Part shown: positions 18,553 through 28,578 of the stretch, piece after piece
Position numbering within the stretch: the stretch's first letter is position 1
Layout: every line of letters starts with the position of its first letter
Assembly (NCBI GenBank): GCA_937139155.1
Contig: CAKZPI010000021.1
Coordinates: 81,339 to 145,338 of the forward strand
Origin: an uncultured Flavobacteriales bacterium
GTDB lineage: Bacteria > Bacteroidota > Bacteroidia > Flavobacteriales > JBLHRE01
Length of the DNA stretch: 64,000 nucleotides
Direction: 5' to 3'
The notes under the pieces: generated by a model
What the model saw: the letters and a program-made list of their open reading frames with translations, nothing else
Database searches by the model: none
Told to the model about the DNA's origin: nothing
Program-made: the position numbers and the translations under genes

Positions 18553-20964
18553 ATGTTTGTAATAAAAAGAGATGGAAAAAAAGAGTCGGTGAAATTTGAC
18601 AAGATCACCGCTCGAATTCAGAAATTATGCTACGGCTTCAATCCATTGGTTGATCCAACCGCAGTTGCCATGCGGGTTATAGATGGTATTTATGACGGGG
18701 TGACCACCTCTGAGCTAGACAATCTAGCTGCAGAACAGGCCGCCTCCATGACCACCAAGCACCCAGATTATGCAAAGCTTGCCGCTCGTATTGCAGTGTC
18801 TAACTTGCATAAGAAAACCACCAAGTCTTTCTCAGAAACCATGAATGACTTGTACAATTATATTAGTCCGAAAACCAATGAAAAAGCTCCGTTAATTTCA
18901 GATCAGGCATGGGAGGTGATTGAAGCCAATGCTGAATTACTGGATTCTACCATCATTTACGATCGGGATTTTGAATATGATTATTTCGGGTTTAAAACCC
19001 TTGAGCGCTCCTACCTTTTGCGCATCAATGGTAAGATTGCCGAACGTCCTCAACATATGATTATGCGGGTGGCTGTGGGTATTCACATGGATGATATTGA
19101 ATCTGTGATTGAGACCTATGAGCTCATGAGTAAAAAATTCTTTACCCATGCAACGCCTACCCTTTTCAATGCCGGAACGCCTAAGCCTCAAATGTCTTCT
19201 TGCTTCCTTTTAACCATGAAAGACGATAGCATTGATGGTATTTATGATACCCTAAAACAATGTGCTCGTATTTCTCAAAGCGCAGGAGGAATTGGACTAA
19301 GCATTCACAATGTGAGAGCCACGGGTTCTTACATCCGTGGTACAAATGGTACCTCAAACGGAATTGTACCCATGCTTAAGGTTTTCAATGATACCGCAAG
19401 GTATGTTGACCAAGGTGGCGGAAAACGAAAAGGTTCTTTCGCCATTTATATGGAGCCTTGGCATGCCGATATTTTTGACTTCTTAGACCTAAGGAAGAAT
19501 CACGGTAAAGAAGAACTTCGTGCCCGCGATTTGTTCTACGCCATGTGGGTGCCTGATTTATTCATGGAAAGGGTTGAAGCGGATGGCGACTGGAGTCTGA
19601 TGTGTCCGAACGAATGCCCTGGCCTATACGATAGCTATGGGGATGAGTTCAAAAAGCTTTACGAAAAGTATGAGAACGAAGGGAAAAAGCGGAAAACCGT
19701 ACGTGCCCGTGAAGTTTGGGAGAAAATTCTAGAAGCTCAGGTAGAAACCGGAACGCCTTACATGCTTTACAAAGATGCTTGTAACGAGAAATCAAACCAG
19801 AAAAACCTGGGAACCATTCGTTCTTCAAACCTTTGTACCGAAATTCTTGAGTATACCTCGGAAGACGAAGTAGCGGTTTGTAATTTGGCTTCCATTGCAC
19901 TGCCCATGTTCATCAATGAAGAAACGGGTGAATTTGACCACGACCTTCTATTTGATGTAACCTATAAAATTACCACCAACCTAAACCGGGTAATTGATAG
20001 AAACTACTATCCAGTACCTGAAGCCCGAAATTCAAACATGCGCCATCGTCCGGTTGGCCTTGGAGTTCAAGGTTTGGCAGATACCTTCATCAGACTTCGT
20101 ATGCCTTTTACCTCTCCGGAGGCCAAAAAGCTGAATGCTGAAATCTTTGAAACCATTTATTATGCAGCCCTTACCTCCTCGAAAGATGAAGCCATCAAAG
20201 AGGGCGCTTACGAAACCTATGAAGGCTCACCCATTTCAAAAGGAATTTTCCAGTGGGAAATGTGGGACCTATCTAAGAACGACCTAAGCGGTAGATGGGA
20301 CTGGGATACCCTTCGCGGGGAAATTAAGAAGTCTGGTGTACGCAACTCTTTATTGGTTGCTCCTATGCCAACTGCTTCTACCTCTCAAATTCTTGGAAAC
20401 AATGAATGTTTTGAGCCTTATACCTCAAACATCTATACCCGTAGGGTGTTATCAGGAGAGTTTGTGGTGGTTAACAAACACCTATTGAAAGACTTGGTGA
20501 AATTAGGCTTGTGGAACGATGAACTGAAGAATGAAATCATCCGTGCAAACGGGTCCATTCAACACATTGACGCCATTCCGGATAATATCAAAGCCCTTTA
20601 TAAAACCGTTTGGGAGCTTAAGATGAAAGACATCATCGACATGGCTGCTGATCGTGGAGCCTTCATTGATCAAAGCCAAAGCTTGAACCTTTTCATGGAA
20701 AGCCCCAATTTTGGTAAGATGACTTCTATGCATTTCTATGCCTGGAAAAAGGGTCTGAAAACCGGAATGTACTACCTGAGAACCAAAGCTGCTGCTTCGG
20801 CCATTAAGGTTACCGTTGGGCCAATTGTGAAAAAGGAAACCACACCCGTTGTGAATTCACAAGAGCAGATTAAGGCCACAAGCGCTGAGGAAGCTGAATT
20901 GCAAGCCGCAGCCATTGCTTGTAGCATTGACAATCCTGACGATTGTGAAATGTGTGGCTCATAA
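18553..20964 (+). CDS. nrdA: ribonucleoside-diphosphate reductase alpha subunit
   Basis: 803 aa. N-terminal ATP-cone ([16 protein letters not shown]), active-site SSNLCTEI, and a C-terminal redox CxxC (CEMCGS). Confidence 0.95.
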   Translation: MFVIKRDGKKESVKFDKITARIQKLCYGFNPLVDPTAVAMRVIDGIYDGVTTSELDNLAAEQAASMTTKHPDYAKLAARIAVSNLHKKTTKSFSETMNDLYNYISPKTNEKAPLISDQAWEVIEANAELLDSTIIYDRDFEYDYFGFKTLERSYLLRINGKIAERPQHMIMRVAVGIHMDDIESVIETYELMSKKFFTHATPTLFNAGTPKPQMSSCFLLTMKDDSIDGIYDTLKQCARISQSAGGIGLSIHNVRATGSYIRGTNGTSNGIVPMLKVFNDTARYVDQGGGKRKGSFAIYMEPWHADIFDFLDLRKNHGKEELRARDLFYAMWVPDLFMERVEADGDWSLMCPNECPGLYDSYGDEFKKLYEKYENEGKKRKTVRAREVWEKILEAQVETGTPYMLYKDACNEKSNQKNLGTIRSSNLCTEILEYTSEDEVAVCNLASIALPMFINEETGEFDHDLLFDVTYKITTNLNRVIDRNYYPVPEARNSNMRHRPVGLGVQGLADTFIRLRMPFTSPEAKKLNAEIFETIYYAALTSSKDEAIKEGAYETYEGSPISKGIFQWEMWDLSKNDLSGRWDWDTLRGEIKKSGVRNSLLVAPMPTASTSQILGNNECFEPYTSNIYTRRVLSGEFVVVNKHLLKDLVKLGLWNDELKNEIIRANGSIQHIDAIPDNIKALYKTVWELKMKDIIDMAADRGAFIDQSQSLNLFMESPNFGKMTSMHFYAWKKGLKTGMYYLRTKAAASAIKVTVGPIVKKETTPVVNSQEQIKATSAEEAELQAAAIACSIDNPDDCEMCGS

Positions 20965-21014
20965 ATTCTTTTAAGATTGGGTAAAACTCAATCTGCCATT
21001 TCAATTTGCGTAAC

Positions 21015-21056
21015 GAATCCCGATCTGATTTCCAGCAGGTCGGGATTCTTTTTTTA
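21015..21056 (+). terminator. rho-independent terminator after nrdA
   Basis: gaatcccgatc (21015-21025) pairs with ggtcgggattc (21038-21048), an 11-bp stem with one G-U. The loop is 12 nt and is followed by TTTTTTT. Confidence 0.75.
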
Positions 21057-21210
21057 TGGCTTAGCCTAGGCATTGCCTTCGCATTCACCGAGACGATCCG
21101 ACCAATTAGCAAGGTTTTATTGGTTTTTATATTCCTTTAATTATCGGCAACCCTGAAATTCACCCAAAACTTTTTCGTTCTTTGGAACGGTATTTGTCAA
21201 ACTCCATCTT

Positions 21211-21975
21211 ATGAAGAATCTATTGCTTGGAGGCCTTCTATCCCTCCTTTCTTTTTCGGCTTTAAGCCAACCCCAACCAAATGCTATTGAGGCCTTTGGC
21301 GTTGGAGAGTATCTTAGATATCGAGTTCATTATGGCATTCTAGATGCGGGCTACGCAGAGCTAAGGGTGCCTAAGAAAATGGAGCTTAACGGCCATGAGG
21401 TATTTCAAGTGGTTGGTACGGGCTGGAGCGCAGGAATGTTCAATTGGTTTTTTAAGGTGGAGGATCGCTATGAGTCTTTTATGACCACCGAAGACAGGCT
21501 TCCTGTTTTCTTTAAACGGAGGGTAAATGAAGGCGATTATCACCTTTCCCGAGACATCACCTTTGACCGGGAGAAAAACCTTGCCTATACTGATGATCAG
21601 ACCTTTGAGGTTCCTGAAAATGTACATGACCTATTGAGTTCTTTCTACTACGCTCGAACCTATGATTTATCGGGAATTAAACCTGGAGACTCTTTTGATA
21701 TTGAAGTATTTTTGGATCATGAAGTGTTTAAAATGCGCTTGAAATACCTAGGAAAAGAGACCATTAAGTCTGACTTGGGAAAATTTGATTGTTTGAAATT
21801 TCGACCCCAAGTTCAAGTAGGAAGTGTATTCAGCGATGAGGAAGGCCTTACCCTTTGGGTGACCGATGATGATAACCATGTGCCAGTGCGCGCCCAAGCC
21901 GATGTTTTGGTGGGCTCCATTCGAATGGATTTAATCGAAGCGAGAAATACCATTTCTCCTTTAAATCCCAAGTAA
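21211..21975 (+). CDS. DUF3108-like secreted protein
   Basis: 254 aa with a signal peptide. The GEYLRYRVHYGILDAGYAEL start is typical of DUF3108 as I remember it. Confidence 0.6.
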   Translation: MKNLLLGGLLSLLSFSALSQPQPNAIEAFGVGEYLRYRVHYGILDAGYAELRVPKKMELNGHEVFQVVGTGWSAGMFNWFFKVEDRYESFMTTEDRLPVFFKRRVNEGDYHLSRDITFDREKNLAYTDDQTFEVPENVHDLLSSFYYARTYDLSGIKPGDSFDIEVFLDHEVFKMRLKYLGKETIKSDLGKFDCLKFRPQVQVGSVFSDEEGLTLWVTDDDNHVPVRAQADVLVGSIRMDLIEARNTISPLNPK

Positions 21976-22018
21976 ACCACTTGATTTTAGGTATATTGCG
22001 CCCGCTTAAAACTAGTGG

Positions 22019-23005
22019 ATGGAAACGGACCAGAAATTATTAGAAAAGCTTCGTCAGCTTGAGGAAAAATACAGCCAGACTGGGCAGGATATAGAAGGAT
22101 ATCTTGAAGGTTTGCTGCTATCTAATTATCTGCCTTATTGGGATTATACCCACGTAGATACCTTGCTCACTCTGCAACAGCCTAAGACAGACTTCCCGGA
22201 TGAAAAGATTTTCATCGTATATCATCAAATTACTGAACTCTATTTCAACCTATGCCTTCATGAGATTGAACAGATTTCAAACAATGGGAGGGATGTTCGC
22301 CCCAATGGGGAAGATAGAGGATGGAAAGATCAATTAGACCCTGACTTCTTTTTGGCACGGCTTAAGCGAATCAATGCCTATTTTGATGCCTTGACCAAAT
22401 CTTTTGAGGTGATGGTCTTTGGAATGGAAAAGGAGCAATTCTTGAAATTTAGAATGGCCCTGCTTCCAGCCTCTGGATTTCAATCAGCTCAGTACCGAAA
22501 AATTGAATTGGCCTCAGCTCCCATCCGCAACCTTCTACAAAAAGACCACCGAGACGAATTCTCAAACGAAATCCCAAAAGAAGAAATCGCCAATGCCTTT
22601 CAGTATATGTATTGGAAAAGGGGCGCCATAGAGCTTTCTTCCGGAAGGAAAACCTATACACTTCAGCAGTTTGAGCTTAAGTATGAGGACGAATTGATTG
22701 CCTTCGCTGAAAAATATCACAACCAACATATTTGGGCTAAGTTTTTGTCGTTACCTAAAGACCAACAAGCTAGAGAGGATATTCGAGAGGAAATGAGGCA
22801 GATTGACTTGCATGTTAATGTGAAATGGCCATTGATGCATTATAAGTCAGCGGCAAGGTATTTGGGTAGGGAAGACAGTGATGTGCCAGCAACAGGAGGT
22901 ACCAACTGGCAGAAATACTTACCTCCTCGTTTCCAGAAAAGAATATTTTATCCAGAGCTATTCACAGAAGAAGAAATTGAAAATTGGGGAAGAATCCCTC
23001 AATAA
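22019..23005 (+). CDS. kynA: tryptophan 2,3-dioxygenase family protein
   Basis: 328 aa. TDO-like helices are YWDYTHVDTLLTLQQP and FIVYHQITELYFNL. Confidence 0.75.
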   Translation: METDQKLLEKLRQLEEKYSQTGQDIEGYLEGLLLSNYLPYWDYTHVDTLLTLQQPKTDFPDEKIFIVYHQITELYFNLCLHEIEQISNNGRDVRPNGEDRGWKDQLDPDFFLARLKRINAYFDALTKSFEVMVFGMEKEQFLKFRMALLPASGFQSAQYRKIELASAPIRNLLQKDHRDEFSNEIPKEEIANAFQYMYWKRGAIELSSGRKTYTLQQFELKYEDELIAFAEKYHNQHIWAKFLSLPKDQQAREDIREEMRQIDLHVNVKWPLMHYKSAARYLGREDSDVPATGGTNWQKYLPPRFQKRIFYPELFTEEEIENWGRIPQ

Positions 23006-23010
23006 GAAGT

Positions 23011-24285
23011 ATGAAGAACATAGCGAAACTCAGCGTAGTGCTCGCCACCATGAGCATTTTTGCCTGTAAATCTGAACCACAATCCAGTGCTGCAGTGCAG
23101 GCCATAGAACCAGATTCTATACAAACGGTAAGCATTGAAGAGCCCGTAGAGCCCCAGGTTGTATTTGGGATTGAACTAAAGGACTTAAAACGGGTGGATG
23201 CCACCATTGGAGCTGGGGAAAGCCTTGGAGCCATTTTGAACAATTACGGGGTAAGCTTTGCTACCATTGATGAATTGGCCAAAAAGTCAAAAGAGGTTTT
23301 TGATGTGCGCAGGCTTCAGAGAGATAAACCTTATACCGTACTGTGTAAAGAAGACTCCATTCTTAGAGCTCAGTACTTTATTTACCAGCCAAACCCAATT
23401 GAGTACATTGTATTTGATTTGATTGATTCCGTTCAGGTTTATCGGGGTGAAAAGCCGGTTGAGGTGCGAATTGAAACCGCTTCAGGGGTGATAGAAAGCT
23501 CCTTGTATGAAAGCTTAACCCAGGCAAATTTGAGCCGAGCCTTGGCCGTTGAAATGAATAATATTTACGCCTGGACCATCGACTTCTTTCGAATTCAAAA
23601 GGGAGACAAGTTCAAGCTTATTTATGAGGCCAAATATGTGGACAATGAATTTGTAGGCATAGGCATTATTCGAGCGGCTAATTTCAACCATTACGATGAA
23701 GATTATTATGCCTTTTATTATGAGGAAAATGAACTTTTCGGGGATTATTACGATGAAAAGGGAATGTCATTAAGAAGGGCTTTTTTACGAGCTCCAGTAA
23801 ACTATACTCGCATTTCATCCCGCTATAGCGGAAGAAGGTTTCACCCAGTACTCAAGCGCTGGAAATCACATTTGGGAACCGATTATGCTGCGCCAACCGG
23901 AACTCCAATTTTTGCTACGGCCAACGGTACCATTACCGAAGCCAGGTACAAACGGAACAATGGAAACTATGTGAAGGTTAAGCATAATTCAACCTATACA
24001 ACTCAATATCTTCATATGAGTAAAATTGCTTCAGGTATTCGTCCTGGAGTACGTGTGAAGCAAGGACAAATAATTGGTTATGTAGGCTCAACGGGCCTAG
24101 CAACGGGTCCGCATGTATGCTATAGGTTCTGGAAAAACGGGGTTCAGGTAGACCCGTATAAACAAAAGCTTCCGGCCGCCGAGCCGATTAAGGAAGAAAA
24201 CCTAGCAGATTATACCCAAAAAATGGAGGGGGTGAAGGAAAAGCTTGACCTTATTCCATGGGGACCTGAGGATCCAATCCTTTAA
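23011..24285 (+). CDS. M23 family metallopeptidase (lipoprotein)
   Basis: I placed the start at the ATG at 23011 (MKNIAKLSVVLATMSIFAC lipobox-like). M23 motifs are HLGTDYAAPTGTPI and GSTGLATGPHVCYRF. Confidence 0.85.
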   Translation: MKNIAKLSVVLATMSIFACKSEPQSSAAVQAIEPDSIQTVSIEEPVEPQVVFGIELKDLKRVDATIGAGESLGAILNNYGVSFATIDELAKKSKEVFDVRRLQRDKPYTVLCKEDSILRAQYFIYQPNPIEYIVFDLIDSVQVYRGEKPVEVRIETASGVIESSLYESLTQANLSRALAVEMNNIYAWTIDFFRIQKGDKFKLIYEAKYVDNEFVGIGIIRAANFNHYDEDYYAFYYEENELFGDYYDEKGMSLRRAFLRAPVNYTRISSRYSGRRFHPVLKRWKSHLGTDYAAPTGTPIFATANGTITEARYKRNNGNYVKVKHNSTYTTQYLHMSKIASGIRPGVRVKQGQIIGYVGSTGLATGPHVCYRFWKNGVQVDPYKQKLPAAEPIKEENLADYTQKMEGVKEKLDLIPWGPEDPIL

Positions 24286-24288
24286 TGA

Positions 24289-24510
24289 GGGCTAGGTAAC
24301 AGGAACTCTTACTTTGTCCTGAAATTGACCTTCTAAACGGCTAAACGCCTCAAGGGGAGTGACTAGTGACTAGTGACTAGTGACTGGAAATGGTATTTAG
24401 CATCTTTACATCTAAGCCAGCCAAAAGCCGTTTGGGGGAAAAGAACAATTGACTATGCCTGGAAATTACTGCTGGATCACCTAAACGACTCAACGGCTCA
24501 ACCTCTAACC
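24289..24510. repeat. intergenic heptamer-repeat element, locus C (inverted relative to locus A)
   Basis: The core is gtgactagtgactagtgactagtgactgg at 24359-24387. Imperfect 23-nt direct repeats flank it: ctaaacggctaaacgcctcaagg (24333-) and ctaaacgactcaacggctcaacc (24481-). gggctaggtaacaggaactct at 24289-24309 is the reverse complement of the agagttcct(a/g)tt(g/a)cctag motif of locus A. Confidence 0.65.
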
Positions 24511-24579
24511 AAGTATTTCCGGGTCAATGGAGATAAAAATCACCCCCTTGGATCTTTTTGGTTCTGTTATCTTTGCGGC

Positions 24580-25224
24580 ATGGCGAAGTTTTACACCACC
24601 GTTCCGAAAATTGTAAAAAGAATTTACCCCCAGGCTTGGTTTAATTTCAACGAACCCAACCAAAGGGTTTACTTAACTTTTGATGATGGTCCTACCCCAG
24701 GGGTTACCGAAGCAGCTCTTGATCTGCTGGCCCTTCATGGAGCCAAGGCTACTTTTTTCTGTTTAGGGAAAAACGTTGTCAACCACCCAGAAATTTATCA
24801 AAGAATTTTACAGGAAGGTCACTCGGTGGGAAACCATACCATGCATCATGAACTGGGGTGGAAAACAGGGGTGCAAGATTATTTGAATTCCATCGATGAA
24901 TGTGGAAAATTGGTGGATTCCAAACTCTTCCGCCCGCCGTATGGAAAAATACGGCCCCGGCAGGTAAGAGCGGTTCAGGAAAAATATAGAATGGTCATGT
25001 GGGAGGTTCTAACCGGAGACTTTCTTGAAAACCGTTCGGTTGAATTATGTACACATGCCTTCTTGAACTATACTCGTCCGGGTTCCATCGTTGTATTTCA
25101 CGATAGCCATAAGGCTGCCGAAAGAATGTTACCAACCCTTGAAAAAGGATTGGCTCATTTTACTGCCCTTGGTTTTGAGTTTGCGGCGCTACCAATGGAC
25201 GGCCAGTTGCCTTCCAAACAGTAA
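24580..25224 (+). CDS. polysaccharide deacetylase (NodB homology domain)
   Basis: I placed the start at the ATG at 24580 (MAKFYTT...). The upstream part of the track ORF is the heptamer repeat read as MTSDW. NodB motifs are LTFDDGP and HSVGNHTMHH. Confidence 0.85.
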   Translation: MAKFYTTVPKIVKRIYPQAWFNFNEPNQRVYLTFDDGPTPGVTEAALDLLALHGAKATFFCLGKNVVNHPEIYQRILQEGHSVGNHTMHHELGWKTGVQDYLNSIDECGKLVDSKLFRPPYGKIRPRQVRAVQEKYRMVMWEVLTGDFLENRSVELCTHAFLNYTRPGSIVVFHDSHKAAERMLPTLEKGLAHFTALGFEFAALPMDGQLPSKQ

Positions 25225-25615
25225 CCCCTCCTTTCAAATCATAAACCTCGGTAAAGCCCAGGTCTATCAAGATTTGAGCTGATTTTGCCGACCTGCCACC
25301 TGACCTACAGTATACCAGCACCGGAGCATTGGGGTCAAGGGTTTGACTCAAGGCCTCTTTGTGGTTTTTGTCGAAATAGTCAAGCATTACTGCATTTTCC
25401 AAGATGCCTTCTTCCCATTCCCTCGGGGTTCTTACATCTAATATTTGCAGGTTTTTTATGCTGTCTTGAAGACTTTTAAAATCCGAAGCTTCGGTTAAAA
25501 CAACTTCAGGTTTTACTTCTTCTTTGGCCTGTGGGCTCTTGGTTTCAGGAGCTTGGCTTTGACCATGACATGCGTAGGCTATGGCAAGAACAAAGATCCA
25601 GATGTATTTAGACAT
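25160..25615 (-). CDS. secreted rhodanese-domain sulfurtransferase
   Basis: 151 aa with a signal peptide. The active-site loop is YCRSGGRS. Confidence 0.8.
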   Translation of the reverse strand: MSKYIWIFVLAIAYACHGQSQAPETKSPQAKEEVKPEVVLTEASDFKSLQDSIKNLQILDVRTPREWEEGILENAVMLDYFDKNHKEALSQTLDPNAPVLVYCRSGGRSAKSAQILIDLGFTEVYDLKGGVTVWKATGRPLVAPQTQNQGQ

Positions 25616-25904
25616 GGTTAAGCTTCTTTTTGGTTTGGTCTACATTTTGCCAGCCCATTCCGTTTACCATTTCATCAAGTCCTTGCTTTTGCAAAAACTC
25701 CATGGCTTGTTGTGACCTTCCCCCAGATCTACAGCAAAGGATGAGAGGTCTAGGCATGGCCTTAAATTCCTCTACCCGTTGCGGAACCTCTTGAAGTGGG
25801 ATGTTTTTAGACTCTTCTACTCGGCCATCCCCTTCAAATTCTCCGGGGGTTCGAACATCAACAATAAGGTGTTCAGGGTGTTTTAAGGCTTCTTCTAAAT
25901 TCAT
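25608..25904 (-). CDS. single-domain rhodanese sulfurtransferase
   Basis: 98 aa with active-site loop CCRSGGRS. It overlaps both neighbours by 4-8 nt. Confidence 0.8.
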   Translation of the reverse strand: MNLEEALKHPEHLIVDVRTPGEFEGDGRVEESKNIPLQEVPQRVEEFKAMPRPLILCCRSGGRSQQAMEFLQKQGLDEMVNGMGWQNVDQTKKKLNHV

Positions 25905-27316
25905 GTGTTTTCTTTTAAGGCTCTACGCTGGGTTGCGCAAAGTCCGGTTTTAATAGGGGCTGAAGTTTGAGAAAGGGCTTGGTATCCTCCCAATACATTT
26001 TTATACCCCATGATTCCGTTTTTCTGAAGCAATGAGATACCAATTACAGACCGATATCCGCTGGCGCAATGTACCAAATGGGGCTGGTCAATATCTTCAA
26101 TATCCTCAAAGCTATCCTGAATCTCCTGAAGTCGGATGTTTTGGGCTCCCTCTACATGGCCAACCTCAACCTCTCCGGGTTTTCTGACATCCAGTACAGG
26201 TGTGGTTTTTAAGGCCTCGGCGGCAGCTTCCGCGGAAATCGATTCAATTTTTGAAGTCTGTCTACCGGCGTCTTTCCAGGTTTTGAACCCTCCGTTTAAA
26301 TACCCCTTCACCTTTTCAAATCCAACCCGTGCTAACCTTCGGACGGTTTCTTCTTCTTTTCCTTCCGGACAAACAAGTACCAATTCTTGATCGGCTGGGA
26401 TTACTGCACCCACCCATAGGGCAAAATTCCCGTCAAGGCCAATGAATACCGAAGAAGGAATGTGCTCCTCAACAAACTCTTCCTTATTTCGTACGTCAAG
26501 TACCCAAGCGCCATCCTTCATATGGCCCAGGAAATCATTCAGGCTAAGCGGACTAAGGTTTTTTGATTTCACCTCATCCAATGGTTGGTACCCATTTTTG
26601 TTGATGAAGGCATCGTGAAAGAAATAGGGAGGAGGAGTAAGGAGGCCTTCTGTTACCTCCTCAATGAACTCCACCTTGGTAATATCGCGCAAAGCGTAAT
26701 TAGACTTTTTCTGTTCACCAAGGGTTGAAACCGTCTCAGAGCTTAGATTTTTTCCGCAAGAAGAACCTGCCCCGTGTCCTGGATAAAGAATTACCTCATC
26801 TGGCACAGGCATAATTTTATTCCGAAGGGAGTCAAAGAGCATGCCGGCTAAGTCTTCTTGGGTGAAACCAGATTTAATGGCTAAGTCTGGTCGGCCTACG
26901 TCTCCTATAAAAAGGGTGTCGCCGGTGAAAATACTATGAGCCTTGCCATCCTCATCCTTCAACAAGTAGCAAGAGCTTTCAGGGGTATGGCCCGGTGTAT
27001 GAATCAATTCAATCCGGCAGTCTCCAAGCGGAAATTGTTCTCCATCTTTTCCGGTATATGTTTCGTATCCAGTTTCGGCTGAAGGACCAAAAACAATTTT
27101 TGCTCCTACCTTATTGGCCAAGTCAATATGTCCGCTCACAAAATCAGCATGAAAGTGAGTCTCAAAAACATAAATGATTTCAGCCCCCCGACGCTTGGCC
27201 AGTTCAAGATATGGTTCAGGTTCACGAATGGGGTCAATAACGGCAGCCTTCCCATTGGATTCAATATAATAGGAGCCTTGGGCTAGGCATTTTGTATATA
27301 TCTGTTCTACGTACAT
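25901..27316 (-). CDS. MBL-fold persulfide dioxygenase fused to rhodanese domains (CstB/Blh-like)
   Basis: 471 aa. Metallo-beta-lactamase motif is HFHADFVSGH. Two C-terminal rhodanese-like domains follow, the last with the catalytic loop HCASGYRS. Confidence 0.85.
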   Translation of the reverse strand: MYVEQIYTKCLAQGSYYIESNGKAAVIDPIREPEPYLELAKRRGAEIIYVFETHFHADFVSGHIDLANKVGAKIVFGPSAETGYETYTGKDGEQFPLGDCRIELIHTPGHTPESSCYLLKDEDGKAHSIFTGDTLFIGDVGRPDLAIKSGFTQEDLAGMLFDSLRNKIMPVPDEVILYPGHGAGSSCGKNLSSETVSTLGEQKKSNYALRDITKVEFIEEVTEGLLTPPPYFFHDAFINKNGYQPLDEVKSKNLSPLSLNDFLGHMKDGAWVLDVRNKEEFVEEHIPSSVFIGLDGNFALWVGAVIPADQELVLVCPEGKEEETVRRLARVGFEKVKGYLNGGFKTWKDAGRQTSKIESISAEAAAEALKTTPVLDVRKPGEVEVGHVEGAQNIRLQEIQDSFEDIEDIDQPHLVHCASGYRSVIGISLLQKNGIMGYKNVLGGYQALSQTSAPIKTGLCATQRRALKENT

Positions 27317-27397
27317 GTTGCTGTTTTGTGCAAATTTATGGTAAGAAATACGAGATTCCTTTGATTTATGTTCCTTTTAATAAAGTAACTTCGCGTT

Positions 27398-28519
27398 GTG
27401 TTTTGGCAAGCTAAAAATATTCTGGACGGTAGAGGGAATAACCTTGGTTCAGGCCAAGTTCGTTTAGATCGTGAGGGCCATATTATTGAACTTGTAGACC
27501 GAATTGACTCAAAGTACAACGTTTATGAGTTTCTTTCCCCGGCTTTCATCAACTCTCATTGTCATTTAGAGTTAAGTCACCTCAAAAGGGCCATACCTGA
27601 AGGAACCGGAATTCCAGGTTTCATTCAAAAGGTTCAAAGGTTTCGAAATACGGACCGTGATATGGTGAAAATGGCTGCCTCTGCGGCGGATTATGCCATG
27701 AAGGCCTATGGAACTATTGCGGTTGGGGATATTTCCAATAGCCCTGTAACCATGGAGGTTAAATTAAAAAGCAGCCTTCGTTATCATACCTTTGTAGAAT
27801 CGTTTGGGTTTGACCCCAAAATGGCTTCGGAAATTGCCAAAAAGAATGAGCAGCTAGTGAAAGCTTTCCGCGAAAAAGGGCTTTCTGCAACTGGGGTACC
27901 TCACGCACCTTATTCAGTTTCTTCTGATCTCATCAAGTACCTACTTAAGGAGAACTTTGAGCCCAAATGCATTCATATGCAAGAGAGTTTGGCAGAAGAT
28001 GATTTTATTCGAGAAGGTAAGGGGGAACTAACAGGAGCCTTGAAAACCCTTGGCGTTGATTTACAAAACCACCAAGGAAAGCAGGTTTCTCCCTTGCTTT
28101 ATATGCTCAGTCAAATCCGGAATGATCAAAAAATCCTCTTCGTTCACGGAACCATGACCCAAACTGCAGAAATGGATTTGATTAAATCTGATTTCCCAAA
28201 TGCCGCCTTCTGTGCCTGTCCGAGAGCGAACCTGTACATTGAAGAAACCCTTCCTGATTACCCGGGATTTCACAAATCTGGGCTGAAGATGCTGATTGGA
28301 ACGGATAGTTTGGCCTCCAATTACGACTTAGATATTTGGGCTGAAATAGAAACCATTCAAAACCATTATCCTGAAATTCCTTTTGAAGAAATTATTGCTT
28401 GGGCTACAGGCAATGCCGCCGACTTTTTTGGTTGGGATGACCTGGGCAAGATTGAGGTTGGTAAAAAACCAGGCCTACTTGGATGGAAGGAAGGAGGAAG
28501 GCCTAGAAGACTGGTTTAA
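27398..28519 (+). CDS. amidohydrolase family protein (chlorohydrolase/deaminase-like)
   Basis: 373 aa with a GTG start. The metal-binding HxH motif is [11 protein letters not shown]. Later conserved residues are HMQES, VHGT and GTDS. Confidence 0.7.
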   Translation: MFWQAKNILDGRGNNLGSGQVRLDREGHIIELVDRIDSKYNVYEFLSPAFINSHCHLELSHLKRAIPEGTGIPGFIQKVQRFRNTDRDMVKMAASAADYAMKAYGTIAVGDISNSPVTMEVKLKSSLRYHTFVESFGFDPKMASEIAKKNEQLVKAFREKGLSATGVPHAPYSVSSDLIKYLLKENFEPKCIHMQESLAEDDFIREGKGELTGALKTLGVDLQNHQGKQVSPLLYMLSQIRNDQKILFVHGTMTQTAEMDLIKSDFPNAAFCACPRANLYIEETLPDYPGFHKSGLKMLIGTDSLASNYDLDIWAEIETIQNHYPEIPFEEIIAWATGNAADFFGWDDLGKIEVGKKPGLLGWKEGGRPRRLV

Positions 28520-28578
28520 GCCATCCCCTGAAACCGATTGAAACCTTACCTTTGCCGCCTAATTTTCAAATGGGTTTC

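Noticed and set aside
24373-24579. ORF extension starting MTSDWKWYLASL..., and its twin on the other strand at 14557-14790 (MTSDWFKNERF...).
   Set aside because: Both begin at a GTG inside the GTGACTAGTGACTGG heptamer repeat. They are repeat-derived artefacts, not conserved coding sequence.
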